Below, one piece after another: positions 36,563 to 48,530 of a stretch of 59,267 nucleotides of DNA. The notes beneath the pieces were generated by a model that saw only the letters and a list, made by a program, of their open reading frames with translations, was not told where the DNA came from and did no database searches. The stretch comes from Bigelowiella natans CCMP2755. Lineage: Eukaryota; Protista; Cercozoa. Within the stretch, counting starts at the first letter, position 1. Each line of letters opens with the position of its first letter. The DNA is taken from positions 1 to 59,267 of the forward strand of contig ADNK01002679.1 of the NCBI GenBank assembly GCA_000320545.1. Direction: 5' to 3'. The position numbers were made by a program, and so were the translations under genes.

Positions 36563-38569
36563 GTGAGGAGGACTGACTCGGAAGAGGAAGAGACCTGCCA
36601 CTCGGCAGTGAACACTGCAGTAATGCTCGACGCCTCGCCGTATGGGAAGGCCTCACAGAGGCTGCGGACGTTCGTGAGAAAGAAAATAAAGCCGATAAAC
36701 ATAATCGCTCGTCTGTCGCAGGAAAAGGCTTTTAGAGAAATGACGACTTTCAAACGTGCAGTGAAGAAACACGAGTTGCATAGGACACTAATGCACATAC
36801 CTGTGGAAAAAGTACGGGTTCGTTGTCGAGAACAACAATTTGAGGTTAAACTACTCGAAGCCAAACAAACATTTCAATGGCTGGGGGCAGCCTCCACAGT
36901 TCGGTACGCCCGGCTTACTCGGCGGAGGGAGCACTACGACAAACCCGTGTGTGTTGATGTGCTTGACGAATATGGAGAATCTCTCCATCCCCGAAGCCGT
37001 ATCCGAGACAAGATAACTGTTGGGACGCAGGTAACAGTGGTTTTAGGTCGTAGTGGATTGGACGAAAAAAAAACAAGCTGGCAACTACTAGCAGAGACCC
37101 CTTTGAGTCAATATATGAAGGTCAAGATCGTGTATGACGGGCCAATGCCCGAAGATGGAGAACCGGTGCATCTGCTCAGCAACCACAGCGAATACACCTC
37201 TATCCCAATGCGTGCGCATAAAAACGAGATCTCAACCACAATCTTAGTACCTCCAGGCTGGGAACTAAATTTTTTCTTTGAGGTATCTCAAGGGAAGCGG
37301 CTGAGCCGACGATATGAAAAAGATAAAAGGAAGGTCAAATATGGAGTCAAGTTCGAGCAGAATATAAAGCAGTGCAACCCCCCTAAATTCCCGGAGGAAC
37401 CTGACCTTCTGCGCAAGCTGCAGAAAAGAGACTGGAAGATGGAGAGAGACAGCAATTGGGATAAGAATAACGCCATGGACACAGAAGATTCTGACATAGT
37501 ACCGAAAATAAAGAGACAGCCATGGGAATTCAGGTTACCGGGCGATATCAGAGATGACCACACCGATTGCAAAAATTTATGTAGGGAGTTGCAGCTTAAT
37601 GACGTGGTTCCCTCATTGGGAGACAGAAGAATGGTATACTCAGTGTTAGAAGACCATTGGAGCAGCCTGAATGGTATTTTTAAGGACTATTCTACCTCTC
37701 GATTGCCCATCTTATTTATGGGCCGAATAGATTTTATCAACCTTATTGGAAGACAAAAAATATATAACAAGTGGTTCAAGGCGAGTGCTTCTGAAGAGGT
37801 TTTCGATAGGGTCAATATCGAAGAAGATTATGGGGAGGATGACCACGAGAAGCTAGTAGATAAACCGAACTCAGCAGATAAAGGAAAGGACCTCGAAGAT
37901 GAAATGGAGGAGGACGAAGAAACGAAAAAGAAGGGAAAAGAAGAAGAAGGGTGCCCCACTGGCGGTTTTCACATCGTCGATGACGAGGACAATCCTGACA
38001 ATCTTTTCGTGAGATCTGAGTTTTTTGAGGCTCTCACGCGTGTTTCTCTTAGAAAATTTCCCAACCTGTCTCCGGGGGTCGCGCTAACCGAATTCTTGAC
38101 AAAGTATTTGTTGGCGAATGAAAAACACTGTCTGGAAAAAGAAGCATTGTTTCAGAACATAATGAAGAAACCCGAGACGAAAGCCGCTTTTATTCCATTT
38201 CTTCCGAAGCTGTATAAGCGTGTTTTTGTTAAGATATCTGGCCTCGACCATTTGGAAGCTGGCTCTGGCAGCAGCACAATAAATTGGACTGAGTTTATAT
38301 CATTCTTGAAGCATAAAAAACTTGTAGGTTCTGGCACCAATGTCGGTGCGGCACCATTAGGTCTGAGGGAGGCTTTCAAAGCCTTTGGGCGCTCAGTGGA
38401 GTTAAATAGCCGCTGCATGACATGGGAAGGCTTCTTAGAGGTCATAGTGCGACTTGCAGTCGCTATTTTCAATAGTGGTATGGACGAAAACAGAATGAGC
38501 GCAGCTATTACAAGAATGTGCAAAGAAGTGATATCGTTAAATACCGTGGGAATTCGGCTTGTTTCCTAG
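36563..38569 (+). CDS. Uncharacterised ~650-aa protein (possible CBM48/AMPK-beta-like domain and EF-hand-like C-terminal region), copy 1
   Basis: Long intronless ORF. VKIVYDG..VHLLSNHSEYTSIPM..TILVPPG..FFFEV resembles a glycogen-binding Ig fold, and RSEFFEALTRVS, INWTEFISFLK and MTWEGFLEVIVRLA are EF-like helices. Domain calls are inference. The true start is probably the ATG of MLDASPYGK. Confidence 0.75.
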   Translation: MRRTDSEEEETCHSAVNTAVMLDASPYGKASQRLRTFVRKKIKPINIIARLSQEKAFREMTTFKRAVKKHELHRTLMHIPVEKVRVRCREQQFEVKLLEAKQTFQWLGAASTVRYARLTRRREHYDKPVCVDVLDEYGESLHPRSRIRDKITVGTQVTVVLGRSGLDEKKTSWQLLAETPLSQYMKVKIVYDGPMPEDGEPVHLLSNHSEYTSIPMRAHKNEISTTILVPPGWELNFFFEVSQGKRLSRRYEKDKRKVKYGVKFEQNIKQCNPPKFPEEPDLLRKLQKRDWKMERDSNWDKNNAMDTEDSDIVPKIKRQPWEFRLPGDIRDDHTDCKNLCRELQLNDVVPSLGDRRMVYSVLEDHWSSLNGIFKDYSTSRLPILFMGRIDFINLIGRQKIYNKWFKASASEEVFDRVNIEEDYGEDDHEKLVDKPNSADKGKDLEDEMEEDEETKKKGKEEEGCPTGGFHIVDDEDNPDNLFVRSEFFEALTRVSLRKFPNLSPGVALTEFLTKYLLANEKHCLEKEALFQNIMKKPETKAAFIPFLPKLYKRVFVKISGLDHLEAGSGSSTINWTEFISFLKHKKLVGSGTNVGAAPLGLREAFKAFGRSVELNSRCMTWEGFLEVIVRLAVAIFNSGMDENRMSAAITRMCKEVISLNTVGIRLVS

Positions 38570-41131
38570 AAGTATATCTGATAGACATAATACATGTCCC
38601 ACCTTACACCTGTCCAGCCTAGCTAGCTAGGCACAAATGTGTTGCTAGCTTGTCATGTGAAATGATTTTCATTAAGTTCTGTCATTGGGCACGATGAGAA
38701 CATTTACAATGCGATGCATGGTGTGTAGCTAGGTAGCTCTGTGCGGCCTTGATAAGTGCATTTTTGTTCATTGAGCGCATGCTAGCATCTACAGCATTGC
38801 CCCCACTTTTCACTTTGTCATTGCTTGGCGCGTCCACGTGTTCCGCTGCATTTTTTGCTTGCATGTGACAGCCATCCATGCACAACTACAGCCATGCCAC
38901 TTTTAGCACAAGCCACATGATTGCAACATTGGTCCGATGACATGATCGACATTCGTTTTCGTGACGTGAAATTGGGCCAGATGAATGGGCCTTCCGCGCC
39001 TCTTGAATGTGCACCCGCCGTGGTGTCGAAACTGTTGGACAAAGAGGGAGTGGTGGAACTAATGCAGAATCAGAACGAAGTGGGCATCACGCAGCATTGC
39101 GTGGCCACTGTGATGCCAAGCTGCATGATGTCAATGCAAGCTAGCAAGCGCATGCAAATGCGATGAACAAACGCAGCAAACTCTAGAACTCTCAAACGTC
39201 AATGAGCATGGTCGAAGCTTTCAGCAGAATTCAACAAGATTCAAATCTGCGGAAACGCGTCTAACTAGCTAAGCAACGTCGCGCAACATGCCAGCATGAA
39301 ACACCAAAAACTTGCAATACAGTCCATTCCAGCATTGGCATCCAAGCAATTGGTTCCAGCTACGCTTGATGCAGGCTAGTGTGGTCTCCGTGCATCCATC
39401 TATATAACTGCCTAGACGGTGTTGAATCGGCTCTCTCCAAATGAGAATTGACGGAATCGAAACGTCAAATGATAATAGATATATATTGTATTACGTGTCT
39501 ATAATAATGTGAAATTGTGTTGATGTGAAAGAAGCTCGGTGTGCTCTGAACACTGCGCAGGTTCAGTGACGGTGTGCGGACTGAAAATCACCGCGCCCAC
39601 GTTCCCAATGATCGATCATGAGAGCATGATGACGCATGTACATGACGCATCACAAGATGCATGCATGGGCTGTGGCACGCCCGACCACACGGAGCTGCGC
39701 TAGCCACAGCTAGGTCTATCAATTACAAAGTCTCATTGTGTCAAGAGTAAGACACGACATCGCCAAGATGTTTGTGCGTAACATGATCGATGCACAACAG
39801 AAGAGTACATCAGACTTCTAGATTTTGTTGTCGTAGCTAGCTACGCTACGCTAGCAAGTCTTTCGTCTACTCATTACATGCTCCATCGACGGTGCACGCC
39901 TGTGGCGCTTGCTAGGTTGCAACACGAATGATGTTGCTGCAAACAGGATAATAGACACATGCGCATGGCAACACCCATGCTAGGTCCGTACATGTTTAGG
40001 CAGTACAAACAGATCGAAGACACATGTGCTTGTGCTCACTTTGCAAACATCATGACATAGTTCTCTTGTAGCTCTTCAAGGACAATATCTCCGGTGTAGG
40101 AAAAACCGGCGCCCTTTGTCTCTGATCGGAAGACACCTTTACCTTAGGCACAAACCAAACACGACACAAAATACGTTATTCGTCTATTCAAGTGTGTTCT
40201 TGCGTGCATGTGTGTGCGTGGGTGTGCGTGTTGTGCTAGACGAATATAGCACTATGAACTGTAAATTTATTAGCAATTTATTATGCACTTTCAGTCACGG
40301 AAATTCAAAGTTTTCAGGATCCGAAGCATGGTGGCCCGAATCTAGCAAAAATGAAATAAACTACTCCATTGTGTATTTGTTTTGTTTCGCTATTTGCAGT
40401 TCCATTCTTCTGTTAAATTATTGTCTTTCAGTTTTCTCCTAAAAACAGTATTCGATCATCGAGGACTAAGTGCTTGCTCGGATGTGGTCTCTCAGCTATT
40501 CCGGGGAGTGGTTCTTCGCTCTGCACACCACCAATGCACACGTCTTCATTTTAAAAAGTCCTACAACGACAAAGAATTGCAGGCAAGGCCACTTTCAGGT
40601 CCTTTGCGTTTTTGAAAATCAGTGATTGACGCCGTCAATATCATCATCAAAATCTGCGGCTATTCGATAAGATTGTGCAATCCACCGCATCGGATCGTTG
40701 TAGAATCCACGATTACCAATCTGCCGTCATCCTTTAAACTCCTGTTGACAGAACAACACACCACTTCTTCAAAATGATGTCAAACAAAATGCCGAGTTTC
40801 AAATGCAAGCTTTGTTCCGCATCATGGCGTTGGCCGTTCCAAGTCTTTTGCGGGCAGACGTCTTTGTGCGGTCTATTGACACGGCAGTGGTATGTTCCTG
40901 ACCGATTATTGTGACGATGTCCAGACATGCCACAGGATGATGGTTGTGGCGGAAATTGACTCGGGAACACAGATAGCATGATGTCTTCTAGTAGCTCTTG
41001 GAGGCATTCTTGGACCTTCCTGAGCGTATCAACGCACCATGGGGGCGTACATGCTTGTCGTGACATTGTAACAATGGCATCGTGTTGCTCCTCAATCTTC
41101 GCATCAGGCTTCGACTATGACTTCGCCTCAT

Positions 41132-41303
41132 CGTTTGACTGGGGGAGGTTTGGGAGACTTATACCTTTTGCGTCGGGTAGCCATCGGGCGACGTTTGACT
41201 GGGGGAGGCTTGGGTGACTTATACCTTGGGGCGGGTAGCCATCGGGCGACGTTTGACTGGGGGAGCTTGGGAGACTTACACCTTGGGGCGGGTAGCCATC
41301 GGG
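41132..41303. repeat. Minisatellite, three ~58-bp G-rich units
   Basis: cgtttgactgggggagg(t/c)ttggg(a/t)gacttatacctt...gggtagccatcggg repeated three times head-to-tail. Confidence 0.9.
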
Positions 41304-42001
41304 ATATCCGGTAAGCGAATTGGCGCGAAATAATTTTGAATTTTGAAAAAATCGGGAGCTCTTGAATGAGGTCATGCCATCATTAAGATCTATCGCGTTT
41401 TCAAACAAATTCACAGTTTCAAAATTCAGTTAGATCTAGTGAGCGTTCATTGAGACACAAATTTCACCTGTTTTGACGACGTGTGTCACAGCGGTGCATT
41501 CCATGCTTTTGATGCAAAATTGCAAAAAATGCAATGCACGTTTTGCAGAAATTGCCGGTTTTGAAAAGTATGGAAAACACCCTGATGCACATGAGCAGGG
41601 GGAAAAGTCACGATGGGCCAGAAGGAAAAAAAACATTCACAGACAAGCTCAGCAGATTCTTTGCCAGTTTCTTCATTTCTGAGGCGAATAAGCCGAAAAA
41701 GAGAGGACGTCCAAAGGGTTCCAAAATGAAGCGAAAAACCACTTGTGAAGGGGGAAAAAGAAAAAAAAGAAGAAGAAGAAGAAGAAAGGGATGTAATTAC
41801 ACCATGTGACAACGTATATCTAAGTCGCAGCAAGTAAATACCGAAATTTTCTTGGTATTTTCCCGTCGGTCTTAACATGGATCGCAAGTCGCAGAGTCGT
41901 TTTAATGTCCGCAAGTCGTCGTTACCCCTACATCTACGTACACTTAAGTAACGCGTGTAAGGAGGACTGACTCGGAAGAGGAAGAGACCTGCCACTCGGC
42001 A

Positions 42002-43963
42002 GTGAATACTACAGTAATGTTTAAGTTCTCGCCGTACGGGAAGGCCTCTCAGAGGCTGCGGACGTTCGTGAGAAAGAAAATAAAGCCGATAAACATAATC
42101 GCTCGTCTGTCGCAGGAAAAGGCTTTTAGAGAAATGACGACTTTCAAACGTGCAGTGAAGAAACACGAGTTGCAAAGAATACTACCGCACAAACCTGTGG
42201 AAAAAGTACGGGTTCGTTGTCGAGAACAACAATTTGAGGTTAAACTACTTGAAGCCAAACAAACATTTCAATGGCTGGGGGCAGCCTCCACAGTTCGGTA
42301 CGCCCGGCTTACTCGGCGGAGGGAGCACTACGACAAACCCGTGTGTGTTGATGTGCTTGACGAATATGGAGAATCTCTCCATCCCCGAAGCCGTATCCGA
42401 GACAAGATAACTGATGGGACGCAGGTAACAGTGGTTTTAGGTCGTAGTGGATTGGACGAAAAAAAAACAAGCTGGCAACTACTAGCAGAGACCCCTTTGA
42501 GTCAATATATGAAGGTCAAGATCGTGTATGACGGGCCAATGCCCGAAGATGGAGAACCGGTGCATCTGCTCAGCAACCACAGCGAATACACCTCTATCCC
42601 AATGCGTGCGCATAAAAACGAGATCTCAACCACAATCTTAGTACCTCCAGGCTGGGAACTAAATTTTTTCTTTGAGGTATCTCAAGGGAAGCGGCTGAGC
42701 CGACGATATGAAAAAGATAAAAGGAAGGTCAAATATGGAGTCAAGTTCGAGCAGAATATAAAGCAGTGCAACCCCCCTAAATTCCCGGAGGAACCTGACC
42801 TTCTGAGCAAGCTGCAGAAAAGAGACTGGAAGATGGAGAGAGGCAGCGATTGGGATAAGAATAATGCCATGGGTACAGAAGATTCTGACATAGTACCGAA
42901 AATAAAGAGACAGCCATGGGAATTCAGGTTACCGGGCGATATCAGAGATGACCACACCGATTGCAAAAATTTATGTAGGGAGTTGCAGCTTAATGACGTG
43001 GTTCCCTCATTGGGAGACAGAAGAATGGTATACTCAGTGTTAGAAGACCATTGGAGCAGCCTGAATGGTATTTTTAAGCACTATTCTACCTTTCGATTGC
43101 CCATCTTATTTATGGGCCGAATAGATTTTATCAACCTCATTGGAAGACAAAAAATATATAATAAGTGGTTCAAGGCGAGTGCTTCTGAAGAGGTTTTCGA
43201 TAGGGTCAATATCGAAGAAGATTATGGGGAGGATGACCACGAGAAGCTAGTAGATAAACCGAACTCAGCAGATAAAGGAAAGGACCTCGAAGATGAAATG
43301 GAGGAGGACGAAGAAACGAAAAAGAAGGGAAAAGAAGAAGAAGGGTGCCCCACTGGCGGTTTTCACATCGTCGATGACGAGGACAATCCTGACAATCTTT
43401 TCGTGAGATCTGAGTTTTTTGAGGCTCTCACGCGTGTTTCTCTTAGAAAATTTCCCAACCTGTCTCCGGGGGTCGCGCTAACCGAATTCTTGACAAAGTA
43501 TTTGTTGGCGAATGAAAAACACTGTCTGGAAAAAGAAGCATTGTTTCAGAACATAATGAAGAAACCCGAGACGAAAGCCGCTTTTATTCCATTTCTTCCG
43601 AAGCTGTATAAGCGTGTTTTTGTTAAGATATCTGGCCTCGACCATTTGGAAGCTGGCTCTGGCAGCAGCACCATAAATTGGACTGAGTTTATATCATTCT
43701 TGAAGCATAAAAACCTTGTAGGTTCTGGCACCAACGTTGGTGCAGCACCATTAAGTCTGAGGGAGGCTTTCAAAGCCTTTGGGCACTCAGTGGAGTTAAA
43801 TAGCCGCTGCATGACATGGGAAGGCTTCTTAGAGGTCATAGTGCGACTTGCAGTCGCTATTTTCAATAGTGGTATGGACGAAAACAGAATGAGCGCAGCT
43901 ATTACAAGAATGTGCAAAGAAGTGATATCGTTAAATACCGTGGGAATTCGGCTTGTTTCCTAG
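42002..43963 (+). CDS. Near-identical tandem paralog of 36563..38569, copy 2
   Basis: The protein differs from copy 1 at only a few residues. The duplication extends from ~41885 to ~44145 and includes the 3' flank. Confidence 0.8.
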   Translation: MNTTVMFKFSPYGKASQRLRTFVRKKIKPINIIARLSQEKAFREMTTFKRAVKKHELQRILPHKPVEKVRVRCREQQFEVKLLEAKQTFQWLGAASTVRYARLTRRREHYDKPVCVDVLDEYGESLHPRSRIRDKITDGTQVTVVLGRSGLDEKKTSWQLLAETPLSQYMKVKIVYDGPMPEDGEPVHLLSNHSEYTSIPMRAHKNEISTTILVPPGWELNFFFEVSQGKRLSRRYEKDKRKVKYGVKFEQNIKQCNPPKFPEEPDLLSKLQKRDWKMERGSDWDKNNAMGTEDSDIVPKIKRQPWEFRLPGDIRDDHTDCKNLCRELQLNDVVPSLGDRRMVYSVLEDHWSSLNGIFKHYSTFRLPILFMGRIDFINLIGRQKIYNKWFKASASEEVFDRVNIEEDYGEDDHEKLVDKPNSADKGKDLEDEMEEDEETKKKGKEEEGCPTGGFHIVDDEDNPDNLFVRSEFFEALTRVSLRKFPNLSPGVALTEFLTKYLLANEKHCLEKEALFQNIMKKPETKAAFIPFLPKLYKRVFVKISGLDHLEAGSGSSTINWTEFISFLKHKNLVGSGTNVGAAPLSLREAFKAFGHSVELNSRCMTWEGFLEVIVRLAVAIFNSGMDENRMSAAITRMCKEVISLNTVGIRLVS

Positions 43964-43999
43964 AAGCATATCTGATAGACATAATACATGTCCCACCTT

Positions 44000-46900
44000 A
44001 CACCTGTCCAGCCTAGCTAGCTAGGCACAAATGAGTTGCTAGCTTGTCATGTGAAATGATTTTCATTAAGTTCTGTCATTGGGCACGATGAGAACATTTA
44101 CAATGCGATGCATGGTGTGTAGCTAGGTAGCTCTGTGCGGCCTTGCCATTCATTTTTGTTCCTGCACTGTGCAATGGTTTTCGTTTTGTCATTGCCTGGC
44201 ACACATGACAAGTTCATGCAAACCAAAACAGCTTGCCTTTCATCCAGATTGTTAGAAATGTAGCTTGCTATGCTAGCTTGCATGCAACAGCGTCACAACT
44301 CGATCGCCAATCATGCAGATTGCCAAGTTCTAGACACGCATTGCTGCGCACCGCAGACGCTCCTAGATCTAGAGATGTGAGACCTTGATGCACAGTTCAT
44401 GATCGAATGCCAGAATGTTTCATGATTGACAAAGGCGGTGCATGCAAGTGCAAGCTGACAGAGCCCTTTGGGTTGTGCAGCCATGGGTGCGCGCACAGGG
44501 ACTTGAAGTCTCTACACGTGCACGCGCAAGGAACACATGTGCCCATGCACACCACGTGTGCCCAAAAAGCATGCATGCTCTGTTCACATCCACACATGCA
44601 CCAAACAAGCCACTGCACATGTGCCAAAAATTGCCAAGCGTGGCTGCAGTGCATGCAGTTCGCACGCAAAGGTGCGCAGTTGTGCAGCATGCACCACCAA
44701 TTGCATGGATGTTCGTCTTGGCTGTGGGATTTCAGTGCGTCCTCAGAACAGCAGTCTGGGCACCACCACTTGGTGCATGCGTCACAAGACAATTGAGAAT
44801 TCCACCCGTGATCATTCGGATTGGTTGCATCTTCAGGTGGCTCTGCGAATGCATGTTTTGGCATTTTGCATGTGTGACAAGACACACAATCCTGATCGAT
44901 GACTGACATCCGTCTGCAGCTCCTGTGGTGTTTGCGTTGAGACGTTCTGATCTCAACTGACTGTTCATCGGCTGCCTTCTTTGCATCCTCCTTTTCCTTT
45001 TTGTTTTTTTCTTGCTCCTTCTTGCCATCCAGGTGTGTTCTCCACTGCCTCCATCCGTCGTGTGTTGATGTGACTGATCTGTTGCTGCTCTCCTTCCGCT
45101 CGTGCACAACTTTCTTGTCAGGGTTGTGCAGCACGTCCACAGGCACGTGCTCAGCGTTGAACTCCGATTCTGTCATGCAGCCCTCAGAGTTCATTGACAT
45201 TGCGAAGTGTGGAATCAATTTTGTGGCCTTTGTTCGCCAATGTGGGAGCCGGATGAAGCCTTTGCAACGTTTGGACGTTTCATCTGGATTGAACGGATGC
45301 ACGCCCGTCGTCTCGAATTATTTTCTCGTTTTGTCAGGGGCACAACCCTTCACTGGCACCTCTGACATGCGTCCCAGAAAGCCAGGCAGAGAGGCCTTGA
45401 ACGCAGCAGGAACGTCCTGATTTCCTCCCAATGCTCTTTTCACTCTGTCTGACACCCTCTTGCGTTTGGTTGACGCGACGTGCTCTTCGCTGTCGTTTTT
45501 GTCGTCGGTCTTTTGTTTGCATTGATGATGAGCTGTGCTGTGAACCTGACCCACGTCCGCCGGCTGGTGGTCAGCGCTCGCCGAGGCAGGGGACTTTCCC
45601 ATCACGTGGTTGTGCAGTGCCAAGTGTCTGATGTCACGTTTCACGCACACCACTTGTTGGCTCTCCCCATCCCAGCGTTTTGCACTTCGAAGAATGGGAG
45701 ATCATCTTCCCCCGCCACCGCGCAGCACTTGTTGTTGAATGGAATGATCACCTCCTCCATCAATTTTTTGTGGACCTCATCACGTGAGGTCTCTTTCCCG
45801 GTCATCCACAAGTGACCTGGGCCACTCGTGTCCTTGGTTCCCAGCTCTGGCATCTCGACGAACAACGGAGATGTGGGCTTCCCAAAAGACTTCCAAAACA
45901 CAACGGGCCCTGAAGGTCCTGACGCGGTGAGTGGTGCAGTGTGCTCAATGCTTTGATCTGGTCTTTTGCCAGAACCTTCCCTTGGTGAACCCCTGGAGTC
46001 TTTCGCCCCTTTCTTGGAAACGTGCGGATCTGCAGACTTTGACACCTTGGCATGATCCTCATTGAATTTCTCACAGGTCCAACCTGCATTTCCCACACAT
46101 TCTCGGGGAAGAACGTGACGTGTCTTCCCCGTTTTGATGCACGCATCGGTGTCCAATGCGGTGCACACTGTGAGAGATGCGAAACTCAAAAAATTGCGAA
46201 TGCCGCCTCCTGCCATGCACCTTGCTCTGGTGCTTTCTTGTCCGCGTTTGGTTGAGTTTTCGATGGACGTGATGGCCTCCAACACGTGCTTCTTTGTCTT
46301 GGCAGTCAATGAGTCACGTTTCACATTCTCCTTGCCGAGCACTCTTGATCTGAAATTCGACTGCCTGGCCTGCTCAGACTTCAGCAAAGATTCGACCTCA
46401 CTCAACCTCATGGTGAGGTCGTTCTTGTGTGCCAGCTCCACTTGATCGAGAATCTTGCACACGCGATTGGGATGAAGGGCATGAGGGCGACCTGATGAGG
46501 GCAGCACTTCGTTCAGGCAGAAATCTTCGTCAGTGTCAACCCTTTTCAGTTTTCTTGACCAACGACACAGACTGGACCTGCTGATTCTCCCGCTCAACCT
46601 TCTGACGAGTGCAGGGATCATTGTGCCGAGTGTGCCCTTTGTCATCGCGTCCATCAACCGCTCCGCTGCGCACCTCCTTTCCTCCGTGCTGAGAGCGCCA
46701 ACGGACGACGAGGTGCTGCTACTGTTGGCCGATGAACATGACGCGTTGTCATCATCAAGTGCCACAGGAGGTGGGACAGCATGCAGCACGGGAAACACGG
46801 TGGAGGTGGACACGGTTGACACGGAATCGGACACAGAAGAGGACGAGGATGTGCGACGGCTAGCTCTGGAGTTCGACGCGTTGAGCATCACATGCTGCTC

Positions 46901-47250
46901 GTTTCTAGCCTTCTTCCAATGCCCTTCCGATGATGAAGTCTTTTTCTGCAGTTCAAACAAATTCTGCATGGCTCGCATGACATCAGTCTGGGCGTCCTCG
47001 ACAGAGGCGGTCGCCACGTTGTTGGTGGTGGAAGCTTTCCTCTTCTTTTTGCCCGATTTCCCCATCAGAGAGACCGCTCAACCTGATGTGGTGTCACACA
47101 TGTGTGTGTTTGATGCTTTGGTTGCGATGGATGCATGTGGAGTGTTTGTGCAGGGCCACACCAGCGCGTGCGAAGGGAGAGAAGGGAGACAGAAAGGACG
47201 AAGGCTCAGGCGTGCATCGGAAACAGGAGAACGCCCAACTAAAAAAAAAA
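44000..47250. other. Extreme TpA-depleted, TpG/CpA-rich tract (largest of about ten in the window)
   Basis: By eye only about 5 TA dinucleotides in 44400-47230 (tctac, aatta, gctac, ctag x2). Similar but less complete tracts at ~2780-3430, 7240-7900, 17800-19090, 23620-24660, 27850-29050, 33780-34550, 38600-40080, 49560-50820 and 55110-56000. Confidence 0.9.
44397..47065 (-). mobile_element. Decayed pogo/Fot1-like (Tc1/mariner superfamily) DDE transposase with C-terminal Cys-rich finger
   Basis: HTH-like ISRSSLCRWSRK and SSGRP; EEVIIPF; HQPADVG (cf. QPLDVG of pogo/Fot1); *FETTGVHPFNP (cf. F..TG.YP.NP); C-terminal CHTC...CDACTKWWCPDC. Broken into three ORFs by a frameshift and a stop. Confidence 0.7.
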
Positions 47251-48530
47251 GGAAGGTGCTGACGTCGTTTTTTTAACACAATGTGACCTAAAATGACCAA
47301 AAAAGTGACGAATTGGCTGGAAACACAAACGAAATGGCGTCCCGCATTTTCTGTTAGCGCATTTTTTGGTAAAAATGCCTAGAAAGAGTGCCAGTCTCAC
47401 ATTAATTCAAATCCCACATTATTTCCATCGCAGGATTTCTTCTCGGCAAATCTCAAACCCACTCCCGCGGACATTTCGTAATTCGAACCGAACACGCGCT
47501 GCTTCTATTCAGATGGACAGCAACGCACTCGCTAAAACTCAAAAATATACAGAGGATAGGTTTGCGAAGGCTATCGACCAAGCTGCATTCCATTCAAGCC
47601 AAATAGAGATCGCCAAAATAGTCCAAGAATACACGTTCCACTCACAGAATGGGATACTTCAAGTGGCGTTGGGGCAGTTATTCGACGGCGTCCTACAATT
47701 AGGACGTATATGTCTAAACCAGCATGCAAATGTGCTTCCAAACATACAATCAATCCAAGATTTGTATAGAGTCCGAGCAATGGGAGATATGAGGCCTTTG
47801 GCAATTCTATCCGGTCAAATGTACTCGCAATGGTAATGTCACAACGAAAGACGATATTCATGTTCAAAACCAACACTTTTTTTTTGTCGAAATGAGCTAA
47901 GCATGTGCAATTAGACTAAAATTCTGCTTACGTCGGCCAATTCCGACGAGTACTCTAGACATTTCCGACGAGTACTCTAGACTTGCAAAATATCGTATTC
48001 CCACGGCCTCCTTGTTGTATGGCATTTCCTCAAAGGTTCAATTATGCTGGTTTCGCAAATCCAGAATATCTAGGGGTATTTCATCAAGTTTACCTCACCT
48101 TCGAAAATGCACCAGAAATCCAAAAAAAAGAAGCTCCCAGAGTTGCGAAAGAAACAATCTGTTGGGGTCTCGAGAAATACCGTCGCTCAGGAAAATTTTT
48201 CGCGTGCGATAATTTTAACAGTACTTGCGCTGCCTTTTAAGAACGCTAATTTGGCCCAAATTGTGCATCCCGATGCTGTGTTTTGGGAACAATAACAGTA
48301 TGCACACCTCGCCAGTTTGATATTTCATTGAGAGAGCTGATTAGTGTCTTGAACCCTCCGGTAGGTACCGCCAGGAGAACGACGGATGCATTATGATTTC
48401 TGATGATTTTAAAGACGTGTACAAAGTTTTGGGAATTGGCCAACCGATTGGCGACATTGTGCGTAATGTACCGTGTTCGGTTATGATGACAATTCTTCCG
48501 TGGTGCAACGTCCTAACTTATGATGGTTGA

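Noticed and set aside
41132-41303. CRISPR-like array
   Set aside because: The units are contiguous near-identical repeats with no unique spacers, there are no cas genes, and the context is eukaryotic.
44000-47250. Classical RIP or CpG-methylation decay as the cause of the TG/CA excess
   Set aside because: RIP would enrich TpA and stop codons, and 5mC decay would deplete CpG. Here TpA is nearly absent and CpG is common.
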